A DNA stretch of 64,000 nt from Macrostomum lignano (GCA_002269645.1 NIVC01000019.1:558001-622000); one strand, 5' to 3'; counted from the stretch's first letter, positions 1 to 27,265 are shown. Numbers and translations are program-made. The notes: generated by a model from the sequence alone, not told the origin.

Positions 1-94
1 ATATCCATCCCTGAATGGCAGACCGATGGAGTATCTAACTTGCTCAAATTCCAGACTTGTAGGAAATGGACGCTTCGCCCTCACCGGATCTAGC

Positions 95-2205
95 TCACTG
101 CTCGTGGAATCTGCCAGCATACCATCCATCAGGGATGCTCCGGAACAGTGCATCGCGCATGCGGACGAGGAAGCACAGTGTGTCAGCAATTCTTAATCTG
201 CCAGTGACCAGATAGCCAAGTTTGCTCTTAACGGCGACTGGACCATTGCCGCTCACTGTTCTAACGATGTCGCCGTCCACCAAATCATAGTATCAATCGG
301 CACCAATCAAGATAGATATCGGCTCATTAGCATCGTGAGGGTCAAATGGATCCGCCAGATCAAGACGCTGAAGTTCTGGATGAGCGTCGCACATCGCCGA
401 TGCCTGAGGTTCGCAGATCCGAGGAGTCGTGTAGCCTCTCAGAGTCACATATAATCTTCGTCCAGAGAGTTGGCTTTGCGAATGCTAAATCTGACGATGC
501 TTGATGTGAATTCAGTGCTGCTGGATCCAAATGTGTTGACCCGCAAAACTTCCTTTGCCTCAACTGCAAGGTCCAGCTGCCGACTCAAGTCTTGTCTGAT
601 ATAAGTTTTATTGCTGGCGGTGTCAAAGAGCGCACGGACCAGTTTTTGCCACCGAACTGATGATGAGACTATTAGCAGTCGGCATGATCACGGCAGGATT
701 GGAGTGCACGACAAGGGATTGGCTCTCAGAGATTGTCTTGTCCTCGCATGGTATGGTCACGGTTGTTGTGCTACTGCAGTTCGGTGGAGTTACTATCTTC
801 TGCTGGTCTACGTGCACAGCTCCAACTTTCGTCATCGCAGGATGCGCTTCGCCAGGATGGGAAGTCAGGCAGACGCTCGGGTGATGCATTTTACCGCAAT
901 GGCGACAAGCTCTCTTCGATCGACACTGACTGGAAGGATGGTTCGGTCGTAGGCAGCAAAAGCAGCGTCTCTCCTTTTTCAGAATTTCTATCCTCTCCTT
1001 TGCTGTGGAAACAACCGTGCAGGAATCGGAATAGTGACCCCGACGAGAGTAAGTGCACGACACGGAATTTTGCGCTGAATCCGATTGCTGACTGCCTGCT
1101 GCTTTGTTCTGCTCCTTTGACGCCGGATGATGCGTGACGAACGATGAGGGATGCGAATCTTAGTCGCATGAAAACTTCTGAGTAGGTCCTGCTACAGAAC
1201 TACGTATCTCTGGCGTGTGTCGGCTCTGGTCGCCTGATCTGCAGCTGAGCCCAGGGCACATCGATCACGGAGTTTAATTTCGTCGTCGAGTGCATCTAAG
1301 AAGTTTTCCAGATTTGACGGTTTTCTACAAGTTCTAGTCAGAATTGGGCGTATGACGTCAGCGCGAATTGATCCGGGCAGCGTAGCTTCCAAATTCGGCA
1401 GAAGTAGCACTTCGTAGTTGTTTGTAGCCACTCCTAGAGTTTCTAGGGCTCGGACGCTGGATCTCACGACGTCTAAGAATGAGCGTAGAGCTACAGTGGA
1501 ATCGGACGCGCATCGGACTGTCTTGAGCCTCTTCATAAAGTGTTGAATGAGGTTATCTGGAGACCCGTACCTGTCTTCCAGCAACTCCCAGGCGTTGTGG
1601 TAGTCACCCGTCGTAAGTTTAAAGTTCTCGATGCATCGTCGTGCTTCACCCTTTAGACAGCTCTAAAGATATGAAAATTTTTCGGCATCTGACAGATGCA
1701 AATTCTGGAGGATTGATGAGTTGAACTGCGAACTAAAGTTGGGCCACTGAGTTGGATCGCTCCCGTCAAAAATAAGGCAGACTCATCTTCGGCAGCTTCA
1801 CATTGCACTGCGGCTTGCGATCAGCCGTCTCCGGCATCACTTTGGAACCGACAGCTGACGCTGGGCTTCCTGAACCAATTGAAGATGGGGCAGCCACCGG
1901 TTTAAATATTTTCTCCCGAATCCGCTCTAGACCTGCAGCCGCTCTTTCTAATTGGAGCATATACTCGTCACATTTTCCGTCTCTTCCTGCAGCTGGTCCG
2001 TTGGCTCACCATCGTCCGTAACAAATTCGCGCAAAATCTGCTTGTCGACTTTTTCCAGCTCGGTTTTCTTCGTCACCACCAAGCGCAGCAAACCATTTAC
2101 CTCATCCTCTGATTTCTCTGCTCCAGCCAAAACCGCCTGAATCTTTTCCACCAGCAACGTAGCCGAACGACGCAGCACAGCGCGGTCTTTCTTGAACTCC
2201 TCCAT
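95..2205 (-). mobile_element. Decayed BEL/Pao LTR retrotransposon fragment (gag, zinc knuckles, aspartic protease region)
   Basis: Minus-strand pieces in BEL order: MEEFKKDRAVLRRSATLLVEKI (ATG 2205); KLPKMSLPYF-DGSDPTQWPNF...YL*SCLKGEARRCI...AWELLEDRYGSPDNLIQ (DUF1759-like gag); CTYSRRGHYSDSC and CFCCLRPNHPSSQC-x4-CRHCGKMHHPSVC (BEL triple Cys/His knuckle); GPVAVKSKLGYLVTG (post-protease BEL motif). In-frame stop near 1663, frameshifts near 1955 and about 1190-1060. No LTR or PBS identified with confidence. Confidence 0.85.
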
Positions 2206-2713
2206 CCAAGGCTGAGAAGAACAGAGCAGAGCAGCATGATTACAGTGGGGATAATCTAACAAAAAGCTAATTTTACTGATGTAACCACGCTCTGGTCGCG
2301 GGATATGGCAAGGGAAATTTTTCGAAAGTACCTCCAATCTCCGTGCACCTCCTGAGTAGAGCCGTCGAGACTGGGCCAGGTCTTTGACCAGGCCTGCTGA
2401 CTCCCGCTCTGCTGCACCCCCCTTGCTGCCTCGGCTCCGTCTCCCACGCCGCCACACATGCCTTTCCGGAGCCCCTACCTCTCTCTGTACCGTATCCGCT
2501 ACCCTATTTCCCATGCGTTTTACCCTATCTATCTTGTACTTTTCCCACTTCCCATCTTTTTGTCTCTTTTTGCACTGTTTTCCTGCGCTGTCCCTCCCTC
2601 TTTTGGTATCTATTGACAGTACTTTGTGCGCTCACCGTCACCTCATTCCTACTGAAACTCCCAAACGGTGACGCAAGTCTTGTGACTCCTCTTTCCCCTC
2701 GATGACTAATCGA

Positions 2714-3492
2714 TGACTCACCACCCCCTCTTGCGCAACCTTTTCTCATGCCATTGTTCTCCTCCCCAAATTTCTCATGCGACACCCACCCCACCTCCGC
2801 TTCTATTGTTCTCGTTTTTTATTCTTTTGTTCTTCTCTTCGCACCCAATTATCACATTTTCTCCGATTTTCTCTTTCTTTTGTTCTCGTTTTCGCACCCA
2901 ATTAGCACCTTTTCTCCAATGTTTGCTTTTCTATTGTTCTCGATTCTCCCCAATTATCCCCGATTTCCATTTCCTTTGTTCTCGACCCCCGCCCTATTGT
3001 TCTCAATGTTTGCTTGCGCAACACTTTCGCGACCTCCCGCTGCGCCAATTATCCCCCACCCCATCTCCGGATTGCGCAAATTTCCCATTTCTCATGTTGC
3101 TATGCCGTTCTCATGCTTCTCATCATGACTCATTCTGACGTCATTCTGCCGGCAGCCAATCAGAGAGAGGGAGTCATGGAAACGACCTTGGAGCGGCGGC
3201 TGGGAAGGCTATATAAGGAAGCGGTTTTCGGCATGAGAATCCTCAGAAGGCTTTTGTCTTGTCCCTATTGTGGACTTGCTGTCAGACCTCGATCTGACCC
3301 ATTCGTCTATAGGAAGAACCTCTGCCGGTCCGCGGTCTGTCACTGCCAATCATCTTCAGCATCGCTTGAACTACATCAGCGCCTCGTCGCTTCAGCGCAT
3401 CGCCGCTTCACTGCCTGCACGACTGCAGCCAACAGCCGCCCACGGTCACTCCATCGCTCTCTCTCTCTCTCTCTGTGCAGCCGCCGGTAAGT
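2714..3492 (+). promoter_or_regulatory. Promoter-like block: motif cluster, CCAAT, TATA, putative non-coding exon ending at a GTAAGT donor
   Basis: TTGCGCAA at 2731, 3014, 3072; ATTGTTCTC at 2753, 2805, 2933, 2996; CCAATTA at 2845, 2898, 2950, 3045; TGACTCA at 2714, 3126; TGACGTCA at 3136; CCAAT at 3156; TATATAAGG at 3210; consensus donor GTAAGT at 3487. Confidence 0.5.
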
Positions 3493-5884
3493 TCCTATTA
3501 CTAATTTGTGCTCTGATTGCCTTGCTTATCCGGGGTTCGCTTATTTTCCATTGCTTGATTAGAGAGCTGAGCCAATCGTGATACCGTATCTTTTGCTGTA
3601 TTTTACTCAATAGTGAAGCCGCTTTATTGCCTGATTATTCCGCCTAAGGGCCTATTTATTAACTATTACTAAATTCCTCATTATTCACTCTTTCACCATC
3701 ATTTCATTCATGAATTGCTAAGCCTTTCTCCCGGGGTGGCAAAGCATAAGGAAGTTTGGGTAAGCTAATGGCCTCTCCCCGTGCAAAGCCCGCCTGTGCG
3801 CGGGTGCTGCGGGTCCGAGTGTGCGAGCAGTAGAGGGAATTAGTGAGTCTTGGCACAGAATGGCAGTAGGAAGGTTGCAACCCCATGCTGACGCGTCCCT
3901 TCGCCCTGAGCAATCTAAACTAGAGACAGTACATGTTCGCCTCATACTACTCTTAGTAATCAAAGTCGCAAGTCAGCCTCGCTCACAGCCACAAAGGATC
4001 CCCTGCTGAGAAATCCTCCAGATTGAGCCCAGAGTTCCCGATCATGCCCCAAGCAGAGTCCCTGCACTCGGCTGCATGTGTCTCCCCTGTTAGCCTAAAT
4101 CCCCTGGTAACCAATCCAGGCGGGGCTCTAGCCTCGAGAGGTCTGGTAGAAAGATCCAGGTGCGCCAGGTCACATAGAGTGGTGGCAGCCACTCGGTCAT
4201 GCTCTGACCGAGTGACCAACTATTGCACCTTGGCTACAGGTGGGGTCCGTGTGGGTCCTTGGCCCTCTGGTCACCAAAGCTATCAATCATGTGGGCGGGA
4301 CAGTCTGGTGCTGGAGGTCCATCAGGTCATTGCCCGGTCATAGGCAGCCTACGGTCATTGCCCCCTCTGGTCATGCCTTCGTCTCTCAACGGAGCGGACG
4401 GGCGACAAGGGCGGTTACATCATTACGCTTAAAAAAAACACAAACGGGCAATTATAATCTAGCTCGCACGTAAAAATGATTAACAACAAACAAAGAATGT
4501 CTCAACAAGTCCGCGCAGCCGAAAGAGTTTCACGAAGATGCTCTTGTTGATGAACCTCAGGGCCCGGAAACGGATGCCGATAGAAGCCTTGACGACGTAG
4601 GAATTGTTGAGCAGATTCAGACGATTCTTGTACCGCTCCGATCCGAAGCCTGAACCTCAAAGCGCGGTTTGTTGAATCATAGTTAATAGATCTCACTGTT
4701 CGGGCGCCATGTAGTTGAATTGGAGTCAATGTAGGGGGTTGAACTCTTAGCGATGCTGCGCTAGACACAAAAACACGATCCGAGCCTCACTAGGCTACAG
4801 TTTATTTATTAAATAGTTAATGAAGGCCGTGTAAAAATAGTAAGTTCACTTGGCTTGCGTACATCGCATTTGCGTACATTAAATCGATACGGGCGTATCT
4901 GGAGAAAATCAATGTGCGGGCATAATAGAGTAGGCGCAGATTGAAATGGAGTACAATTGATTGAAAATGAATTGCACTTTCCGCCACACCTGCCTTTACA
5001 ACTATTTCTGAACGAAAAGCTTTATGAATATCGATAGAGCAATAAGAGAGGCACAGCATATCAAAAGACGGACACTGGATCTGCCTCCCATCAAAAGCAA
5101 TAACAATTTTTGCAATTTAATTTTGAAAAAAAATTAAAACCTCCTATCTCAGTAGTGTATTTTTCGAGCGAAAAGTTGCCTTTAAAGCATTTACCATAGA
5201 TTTCGAGTGTAGCGTCCAATACATATATGTTACTTAAGTAGTCCTTGGAAGTTACATGTGCAGAGGGGAACATACATGTATTTTAGTCTTGAAAAATGCA
5301 TGTCCTCAAAGGGGCCTGTATATGGGTATGTGTCTACATGTAATTATAATTCGGTCGCTTCCATGCACATTAGTTGCATATGAGTGGTGAAAAATATTAT
5401 AGAAAATCCAGTAAATACAGACCTAGGCGCGCGTACCAATAGTAGCCAACTGTATTTTGGCGCGAGTTATTCCAATATAAAACCAGTAAATATTATAAAG
5501 AGCAGACGTGCAATTACCTACACCTATGTACTTATCCATCTGGCGTTGCAAAGCTACTAATCACTGCTCACTATAGTTTCCTGAAGCAAGTTACACCTCA
5601 CTAAGCATTAATTGCACCTTTCATGTAGAAATTTTTTGCTGCCGAACTGGTATTATTTTTCACCCCATCCTGATCGAATTGACTTGAGCCAACATCTACT
5701 CGTATGAAGCCAATGATAAGCATTTATCATTGCGGCTTTACCTGCGAATGATATCAGCTGGCCAATCATCGCCACATGGCCGATATGAGGAGATGAAGCT
5801 AGGAATCTGATCAGAAATAATCAGAACCTGAAACATTGCCAGAGAAAGCAGCTTAGCAACCAAAATTAACTCAAAATTTGAGAA

Positions 5885-7619
5885 ATGAGAGTTCTACCGA
5901 TGGAAACAGTCGAGGCAGACGCCAATCCGAGTAGTGCGGCGTCGCAGCAGCCTACAGCTACCTCCGCCAGCAGCAGAAATTGTTGCAGCGGACGCAGTCT
6001 GCGAGACAGTGGCTTCAGAGCTCTGCAGCTGGCCCTGGCCGAACTGCGTGCACCTGGACTGAGCAACGTGATTTCGTCCAGCCACCAGCTTCACGTGAGA
6101 GCCGCTTGGCTGCTGGCTGCTGGTCATGCTGTACCACCTGACCTCGCTAACCCGGAAGCTCTTGTCCAACGAAGTGTCGACTCGGCTAGAGGCCGAGAGC
6201 ATCGATTTCGACATGCCCGATCTGTACTTTTGTCCCGAGCCGCCAATGTCTGGCAGTAGATTTCTCAACCTTAGCCGGGAAAGTTCAACCATGCTAGCCG
6301 CCTGGATGAACAATACGAGGAAAAAGTTCGCAGAATTCGTGTCCGATGCACCTGTCGGGCCGGACTATCGGAATCAGTTTCACAGAGAACACCTGGCCGA
6401 TGCGGTTGTCCGCTCAGTTCCATTCTGGTTTCTAGCCAGCAGGTTGGCGCATTCAATCGAGCAGTTCTTTGTTTATGCCGCCATTGTGGACGCCAGCCAG
6501 GGCCTGGTAGGAGCCACGCAGATACCCGTCGAAGCGTTCGACCATCCGGAGCACATTCGCTGCTTTCGAGCCATCCTTTCGATCGAAAACCGCAGTCGAC
6601 TGCGCACGGTCGATGCGTACGTTGAGTTTGTGCTGATGCTGGACCGCTATCACCCTTGGATGCCTCGGGGAGAGTACTCGGCCCCTAGCATCAACGGCTT
6701 GAAAGTGTCCGATTGGACTCTGGCAGAGTCGCCAGCGTCATCAAAAGCTGTTGGCGTTCGCCTCTACCTGCCGCCCGTCGGCGAGTATCCGAGCCAATTT
6801 GCAAGCCATTTTTTGCTGCAGCCAGGAAGATACCACACTCTGCGCTTGAGAATGCGTGACACAGTCAAGCCGGCGGACGAGTTTCCCGGCCAGTGCACCG
6901 CACCGCCGGAGCCCCCGGCTCTGTTTGTTGACCCAAGAAGCGGATCAGTCCGCAGCTTTGCCTACTCCTACTCGTTCTGCTACTACAACGAATTCGCTAG
7001 GCAGTTGATTGCTCGTTACAACTGCACCGGGGTGGCTTTCCCAGTAACTTGGCAGCAGAGAAGCATCAAGCACTGCCTGAATCTTACCGGTCTAAGCGAC
7101 TACCTAGTAGTGAATAATCTGGCCACTAGTTGGGTAGCCGACTTTATTGTTGCCAGTCCAGCCACGGCCTGTCGATACAAGGACCGTTGTCACAGGCGCG
7201 CCTACTATGTGAGCAGGTCGGAAGCGCTTTGGCCGAGCAGGGACTCAGCAATTCCCTTCGTTAAGCAGGGCCTGGCAACTCCATATGACGGCATTCACAG
7301 GCCAGCCTGGTCGTTCTTGTCCTCCTTAGCCAGCGCGCCCGGCGCGGATGAGCCGCAGACCAACGCAAGCCGAGAGTTTCTCGCCCACCTGGCCGATTCC
7401 GTGCTGCGTGTCCGACTCCGCCCGCTGGAGGCTCGCAGCGATGTGTTGAAGCTGCAGCCGGCCTACACAGCTGCGACTTACTGGGCCGAGACTGGCGGCA
7501 TTCTCGGACTGTACCTGGGCTGGAGTCTGCTGACGATGTTGGAGCTGCTGCAGTTCTGTCACGATCTCCTGTTGGGACTGTGGCGCGGACTGTCGCAGGC
7601 GGCGGACAATGGCAAATAG
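5885..7619 (+). CDS. DEG/ENaC (amiloride-sensitive sodium channel family) subunit, intronless, frameshifted in TM1 (pseudogene or assembly error)
   Basis: ORF 6126-7619: post-TM1 DMPDLYFCP (cf. FPAVTIC), Cys-rich thumb (YSYSFC...YNCTG...CL...C...C), TM2 AETGGILGLYLGWSLLTMLELL. The N-terminus and TM1 start (ELRAPGLSNV...RAAWLL) lie in the frame opened by ATG 5885; frames switch at about 6113-6120. AATAAA at 7932. Confidence 0.85.
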
Positions 7620-7627
7620 CTCGCAGT

Positions 7628-7883
7628 TTGTCTGTCTGTCTGACTGACTGACTGACTGACTGACTGACTGACTGACTGACTGACTGACTGACTTGAGTGA
7701 CTGACTGATTGACTGACTGACTGACTGACTGACTTGAGTGAGTGAGTGACTGACTGATTGACTGACTGACTGACTGACTGACTTGAGTGAGTGAGTGACT
7801 GACTGACTGACTGACTGACTGACTGACTGACTGACTGACTGACTGACTGACTGACTGACTGACTGACTGACTGAGTGACTGAC
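7628..7883. repeat. (CTGA)n/(GAGT)n tetranucleotide microsatellite in the presumed 3'UTR of the channel gene
   Basis: Direct reading; begins about 9 nt after stop codon 7619. Confidence 0.95.
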
Positions 7884-9815
7884 AAATTTGAGTATATTTG
7901 CCGCCTCGAGCTGTACAGAAGAGCAATGGAGAATAAATTCTGGAAATCTTGCGATGCTCTCATGCATGAATCTCTCATTCTTAGGTGGCGTATCGTCTGA
8001 CTTCAGAAAAACGTAAGAAGGCGCTTTGCAAATTGCTTAAATGCAGTGATCGTACTGTTTTCCGCACCGAAAATATTGGTAGCGTGCAGTTAACAGACTC
8101 CATCGAGTCAGTGGTTGAACTTGCTCTCTTAAGGCCGTTTTTTGCCAATTCCGCTACGCTGATCGTGATCAAATTATTTCCTAAATACTGAAAAAACCAG
8201 GTTACACCAGCACACGAGAGCAAGGAAGCGTTTGCTCAAAACTCTGCGATTAATGACCCATCTGCTTGGGTGTGAAACTTATAATTGTGACAGCGAACCG
8301 ATTCAGCTGTTCAAAGTACGTGTCACAGTGTAATCGTAGATATGGATGTAAACATGACCATTACCATTAACTTAAGACTCGATATTGAAGCCTCCCTATA
8401 TAGCAAAATGCAAAAAATCAACTTGATTTTGCAGCTAGTTGCAGCAGTGGGGTAAAGCGCGAGCTCAGAGTAACTGCATGTAAGCTGTTCGGCCAGCGGC
8501 CCAATTTTACCCATACAAATGTAACTATAAGTTTCTTTCTGTAGGTTTGAATCTTTACCGGACTGAATCGAATCGGCGTTGAACTTTGCACTTACTGTTC
8601 TTTATAAAAAATATATATTGATTTTTTTGCTAACTTAAATGCATTGGGCACCGATGACGTTTGTGTGACGGCAAAAAATTGTTAGCGTTTGCTTTCTTGC
8701 TTTTCATGCGTGGAGCAACATTTATTAAGTTCCTTAGCTATTAACTCTGGTTTTGCGATTTCAACTTGGCTTATTTCTAATAAAAACGAATTTACTCCAA
8801 ATGTGCAATACCAATAATTATGCGATTTTGAAATGACACCGGAAAAGACAAAGTTGTCATGGGGACGTAACGATAAACACTAGCGCAAATTTAACTAGCG
8901 AAAAAGAAAATCTTATTAAATGTAAAACCAGGGATTTCCGAGGCCTAGAATATAATTCTTGTTTTTAGAATAGTATTTTTAGTGTATAGGATTCTTTGTT
9001 TTTGTAAAAACTTAAAAAAGACACCTTTATCCATACTTTATAATTCTTACTGCAGTTTTTCGCCATCTTGTAGACCATTTTGCGCATCTTACGATGTACC
9101 ATGCCACCCACATAAGATGACATAGCCATTGCTGGATGGACGGGATCTTATTTCTATCTTTGTGACAATTTTATATATTTATTGTTATGTTGTTTTCATG
9201 AGGTGTTCTGTGATTCGTCTCAGAAAAGAGGTTTTATTTAATCAATGTATTTGTTATAGCAGCTTATATGGTATTTTTGTAGATATTAGAATTTTTGTTG
9301 ATGTTTAAGTAGATATTTTTTAGATATTTAACAAATTTATACAGACAGCTATTTCTCGTGCTAATATAAAATATAATTTTATAAAAAGCAATGGCTATAG
9401 TCTTAATGTACCATCAATGATTTTAAATATGAGTACCTTTAGGAGCCACTCAAAAAACTACTCTTGACCAGTAGTTTTTTATCACAAAAGATTTTATTAT
9501 TTCATGCAAAAAATAAAAATAAATTTAAAGTATATTTGAAAGAAAAAGAAAACTATTAACTCTAAGACAAAGCAAAATTGCATAAATTTTGTGATTTAAA
9601 GTCAACAATAACTAGTCCATTCTTTCTATAGTTGAATTTCAGTGAGGCCAGGCGCAAAATACTGAATGCAAGAGAATTAGCGCAATTACATTCAGCCTTG
9701 CCCCAGTCCCAAGAGAAGCGTCAATCAGCCCGGACACGCTGGCACATACCGTGGCTGGAGTCTCTGATGCACTAATTTTTAATAATAAAAGTGCAGCAGC
9801 AGCAGCGCCGAGCCA

Positions 9816-23200
<13,385 letters not shown>

Positions 23201-24543
23201 TGCTAATAAATTTTTTATTGCCTTTAAAAAGTTTGAGCTTGCCTATTTCTAATTTAAAGTTGTCAACATTCTACTTCACTTAAAGAATGTACTTACTACT
23301 TGCTAATATCAGTAAATCAGTAGTGTCCAACTAATTTTTTTTAGATTTTGTTGGCTTTATACAAGTTCTAAAGATTAACATTCAAAAGTCTAAACTCTCA
23401 ATATAAATTTTGTGCCTTATACTCGTAATATAATACGAGCGTATGAAAGTTTTTCCTATTTTGTTTCTTAAATAGCAAAATTTTCTCAAAAGATTTTTTT
23501 ATATAAATAAGAGTTTTCATTTTTATATGTATAGATTTATATGCACGCAGCTTTCGGATTTTCTTCTTAACTACTGTTCGTTGATGTCGGTTTGTTTGTT
23601 TTAATGATGTACTAAGTTTTTATATTACCAAGTCGTTTGTTTATATAGATGACATGTCGATAGTATGTCTACAAGTATGCCTGTCTGTCTATAATTTCTT
23701 CAAGCTTTATTTATTAAAAAACTTTGCCGCGCTTTCTATGCCTGTGAGATGTAAATTATGACGACCGAGGCTAATAATCTATTGAGATGCCATGCCAAGC
23801 CAAGCCATACCAAGTGCTGCTCAACATTTCATTTCATTTCTAGTTGGATTTTGCCTTGAAGAAAAAATCTGCTAATTCTTCTATTTTAAAATAAAATGCT
23901 TTTAATTTAATGCAAAGCATACTACAAATACCTTATGGAATTCTTAACGTATTTCTGGATTTAATGCATAAATTATAAACGTCTGTACAAAATGAGCTAA
24001 TTAAATAGATTTTTTTGTTTAGAGCCATCTACGAGCTATATTTTTTCTACGGATTCTCTACAGATTAGTTAGCTATTTCTTTTGAATTTTAAAAATAATT
24101 TCTTTTTTTGTTAAACTGATTGGCTTGCTATATTCGATTATTAAGTTAATCGTTACTGTAATTAATATTTTTCCGTCCATGACTTTCTAGATAGTACTTG
24201 ACTTGATGTTGATGCGCATGTGTCTGACTTTAATTGAATTATAATAGAACCCGATGCAAGATATTTTACTTGTTTGAATTTAAAACAGATTACGTGAATA
24301 GTTGAATTTGAAAGTTGATAACAGGATATCTGTAAATTTTATTTCTATAAAAACCACCAGTCATCTCGTAGGATGAGAACTTTGGGATTTATTTAAAAGA
24401 GAGCCAGCCAAATATGAATCAATCACTCTGGCTCACAGGAGTTGGCGGTCCGCTGCCCTGGGTTGCCCTGAGTCCATTCACTGAGTTGCTAATCAATCAC
24501 GTGCTCCAAGCGCTTAGGGGCGTCCCGTTCCTACATTCTGTAC

Positions 24544-25123
<580 letters not shown>

Positions 25124-25919
25124 GTAACTATTCTTCTATCTTCCCAACTTATAATGAATCACTACTTCAGATGGGGAAGTTCCAACTTTGCAAAAGCCCA
25201 GTCTTACACAAAGCAAATCTTCATAGTCGTGGTTTCCAGATCCTATGCGGAAGTTGTGTCATTAATTACATTAATTATGCAGCAATATTAATGAGCTCGG
25301 GCCACACAAGCAGCTTCCAAAATAAGCAGCGGGGACATTGAGAATATGGGCAGGCAGCAAAAGCAATTCCTGTCGAATTGCAATCAGTCCGCTAGCGCCA
25401 GTGACAGCTGGGCGATCCATCAGGACAGACTGCGACAGTGGGGCAGCAGTCAGTGCAAAAATAGCCAATGGGTTGGCTGTGCAGTGAGCCGTGAGGCAGC
25501 GGCACTATTCTATTCATTCACGCCACGGCTGCAAGTTTGACTTCTCTAAGCTACTATTAATAATCTTATTTCTCCATATGCTTGTCATTAGTGTTAGGGT
25601 TTCTATGCGACACAATTTGGGTAGGTATTTGAGCCCAAGAGAAAGATAGATATTAAGCTAGCTCAATAAGTGGTTGATAAGGGCTTAATCCTGGTGCACA
25701 GAAAATATACACGAATAAGCAATATTCATTGAGCCTATATAGTACATCGAATGTTTTATTAATGAAACTTTTGGTGCGAGGTGAACGTTGTACGGCCAAA
25801 GAGAAACCGACAGAAACTTAATCACATACAGGACAGACAAACAGACAGAAAGCAGTCACGAAAACATTAGAATAGATAGAGTTTAATAGTACAGTGCAAA
25901 TACAGTCACAGGGAAATAC

Positions 25920-26870
25920 AAAGTCAGAAAGACGCACACAGAGTCAGAAAGACACACACAGAGTCAGAAAGACACACACAGAGTCAGACAGACACACACA
26001 GAGTCAGAAAGACACACACAGAGTCAGAAAGACACACACAGAGTCAGAAAGACACACACAGAGTCAGAAAGACACACACAGAGTCAGACAGACATACACA
26101 GAGTCAGAAAGACACACACAGAGTCAGAAAGACACACACAGAGTCAGAAAGACACACACAGAGTCAGAAAGACACACACAGAGTCAGACAGACACACACA
26201 GAGTCAGACAGACACACACAGAGTCAGAAAGACACACACACAGAGTCAGAAAGACACACACACAGAGTCAGAAAGACACACACAGAGTCAGAAAGACACA
26301 CACAGAGTCAGAAAGACACACACAGAGTCAGAAAGACACACACAGAGTCAGAAAGACACACACAGAGTCAGACAGACATACACAGAGTCAGAAAGACACA
26401 CACAGAGTCAGAAAGACACACACAGAGTCAGAAAGACACACACAGAGTCAGAAAGACACACACAGAGTCAGACAGACATACACAGAGTCAGAAAGACACA
26501 CACAGAGTCAGAAAGACACACACAGAGTCAGAAAGACACACACAGAGTCAGAAAGACACACACAGAGTCAGACAGACACACACAGAGTCAGACAGACACA
26601 CACAGAGTCAGAAAGACACACACACAGAGTCAGAAAGACACACACACAGAGTCAGAAAGACACACACAGAGTCAGAAAGACACACACAGAGTCAGAAAGA
26701 CACACACAGAGTCAGAAAGACACACACAGAGTCAGAAAGACACACAAAGAGTCAGAAAGACACACAAAGAGTCAGAAAGACACACACAGAGTCATAAAGA
26801 CACACACAAAGAGTCAGAAAGACGCACACAGAGTCAGAAAGACACACACAGATTCAAAAAGACACACACA
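25920..26870. repeat. 20-bp minisatellite GAGTCAGAAAGACACACACA with an internal block duplication
   Basis: Period 20; the paired +2-nt variants recur at about 26230-26270 and 26610-26650 (block of roughly 380 bp). Confidence 0.93.
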
Positions 26871-27265
26871 GGGGCAGTAAGTCATACGCAGAAAGACACA
26901 TACAGAGTCAGAGAGACAGACAGACACATAAAAAGACACAGACAGAAGCAGAAACGGACACAGAAACACAAAAAGAGACACGCTGTATGTTCTTGGAGAC
27001 AGACACACACGGAGGCGCAAAAGAAATAAATGCCGTTGATTGGTTGCTGGGACAGGATTTCCTATCTGATTGGCTACAGCGGGACTGGTTGTACTAGCTA
27101 GGACTATATGAAGCTGGGCTGTTTGAGGGCAACTGCATCTGGAATATTTGGCTACTTTGACAGGAATCACTTTCGGTCAAGTAGCTGCAGCAACCAGCCA
27201 AGCAAGCTTGATCGAAACAAACCCAAGAAGCGTCACCAATCCACCTGCAGTTAAGCGTTTCCACA

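Noticed and set aside
2206-2700. Possible PBS/LTR of the BEL element (TGG-initiated motifs at about 2380 and 2455 on minus)
   Set aside because: No TG...CA-bounded repeat or recognisable tRNA complement could be established.
4690-4720. NYMAPE kinase-like hexapeptide on the minus strand
   Set aside because: Flanked by stops; no other kinase subdomains.
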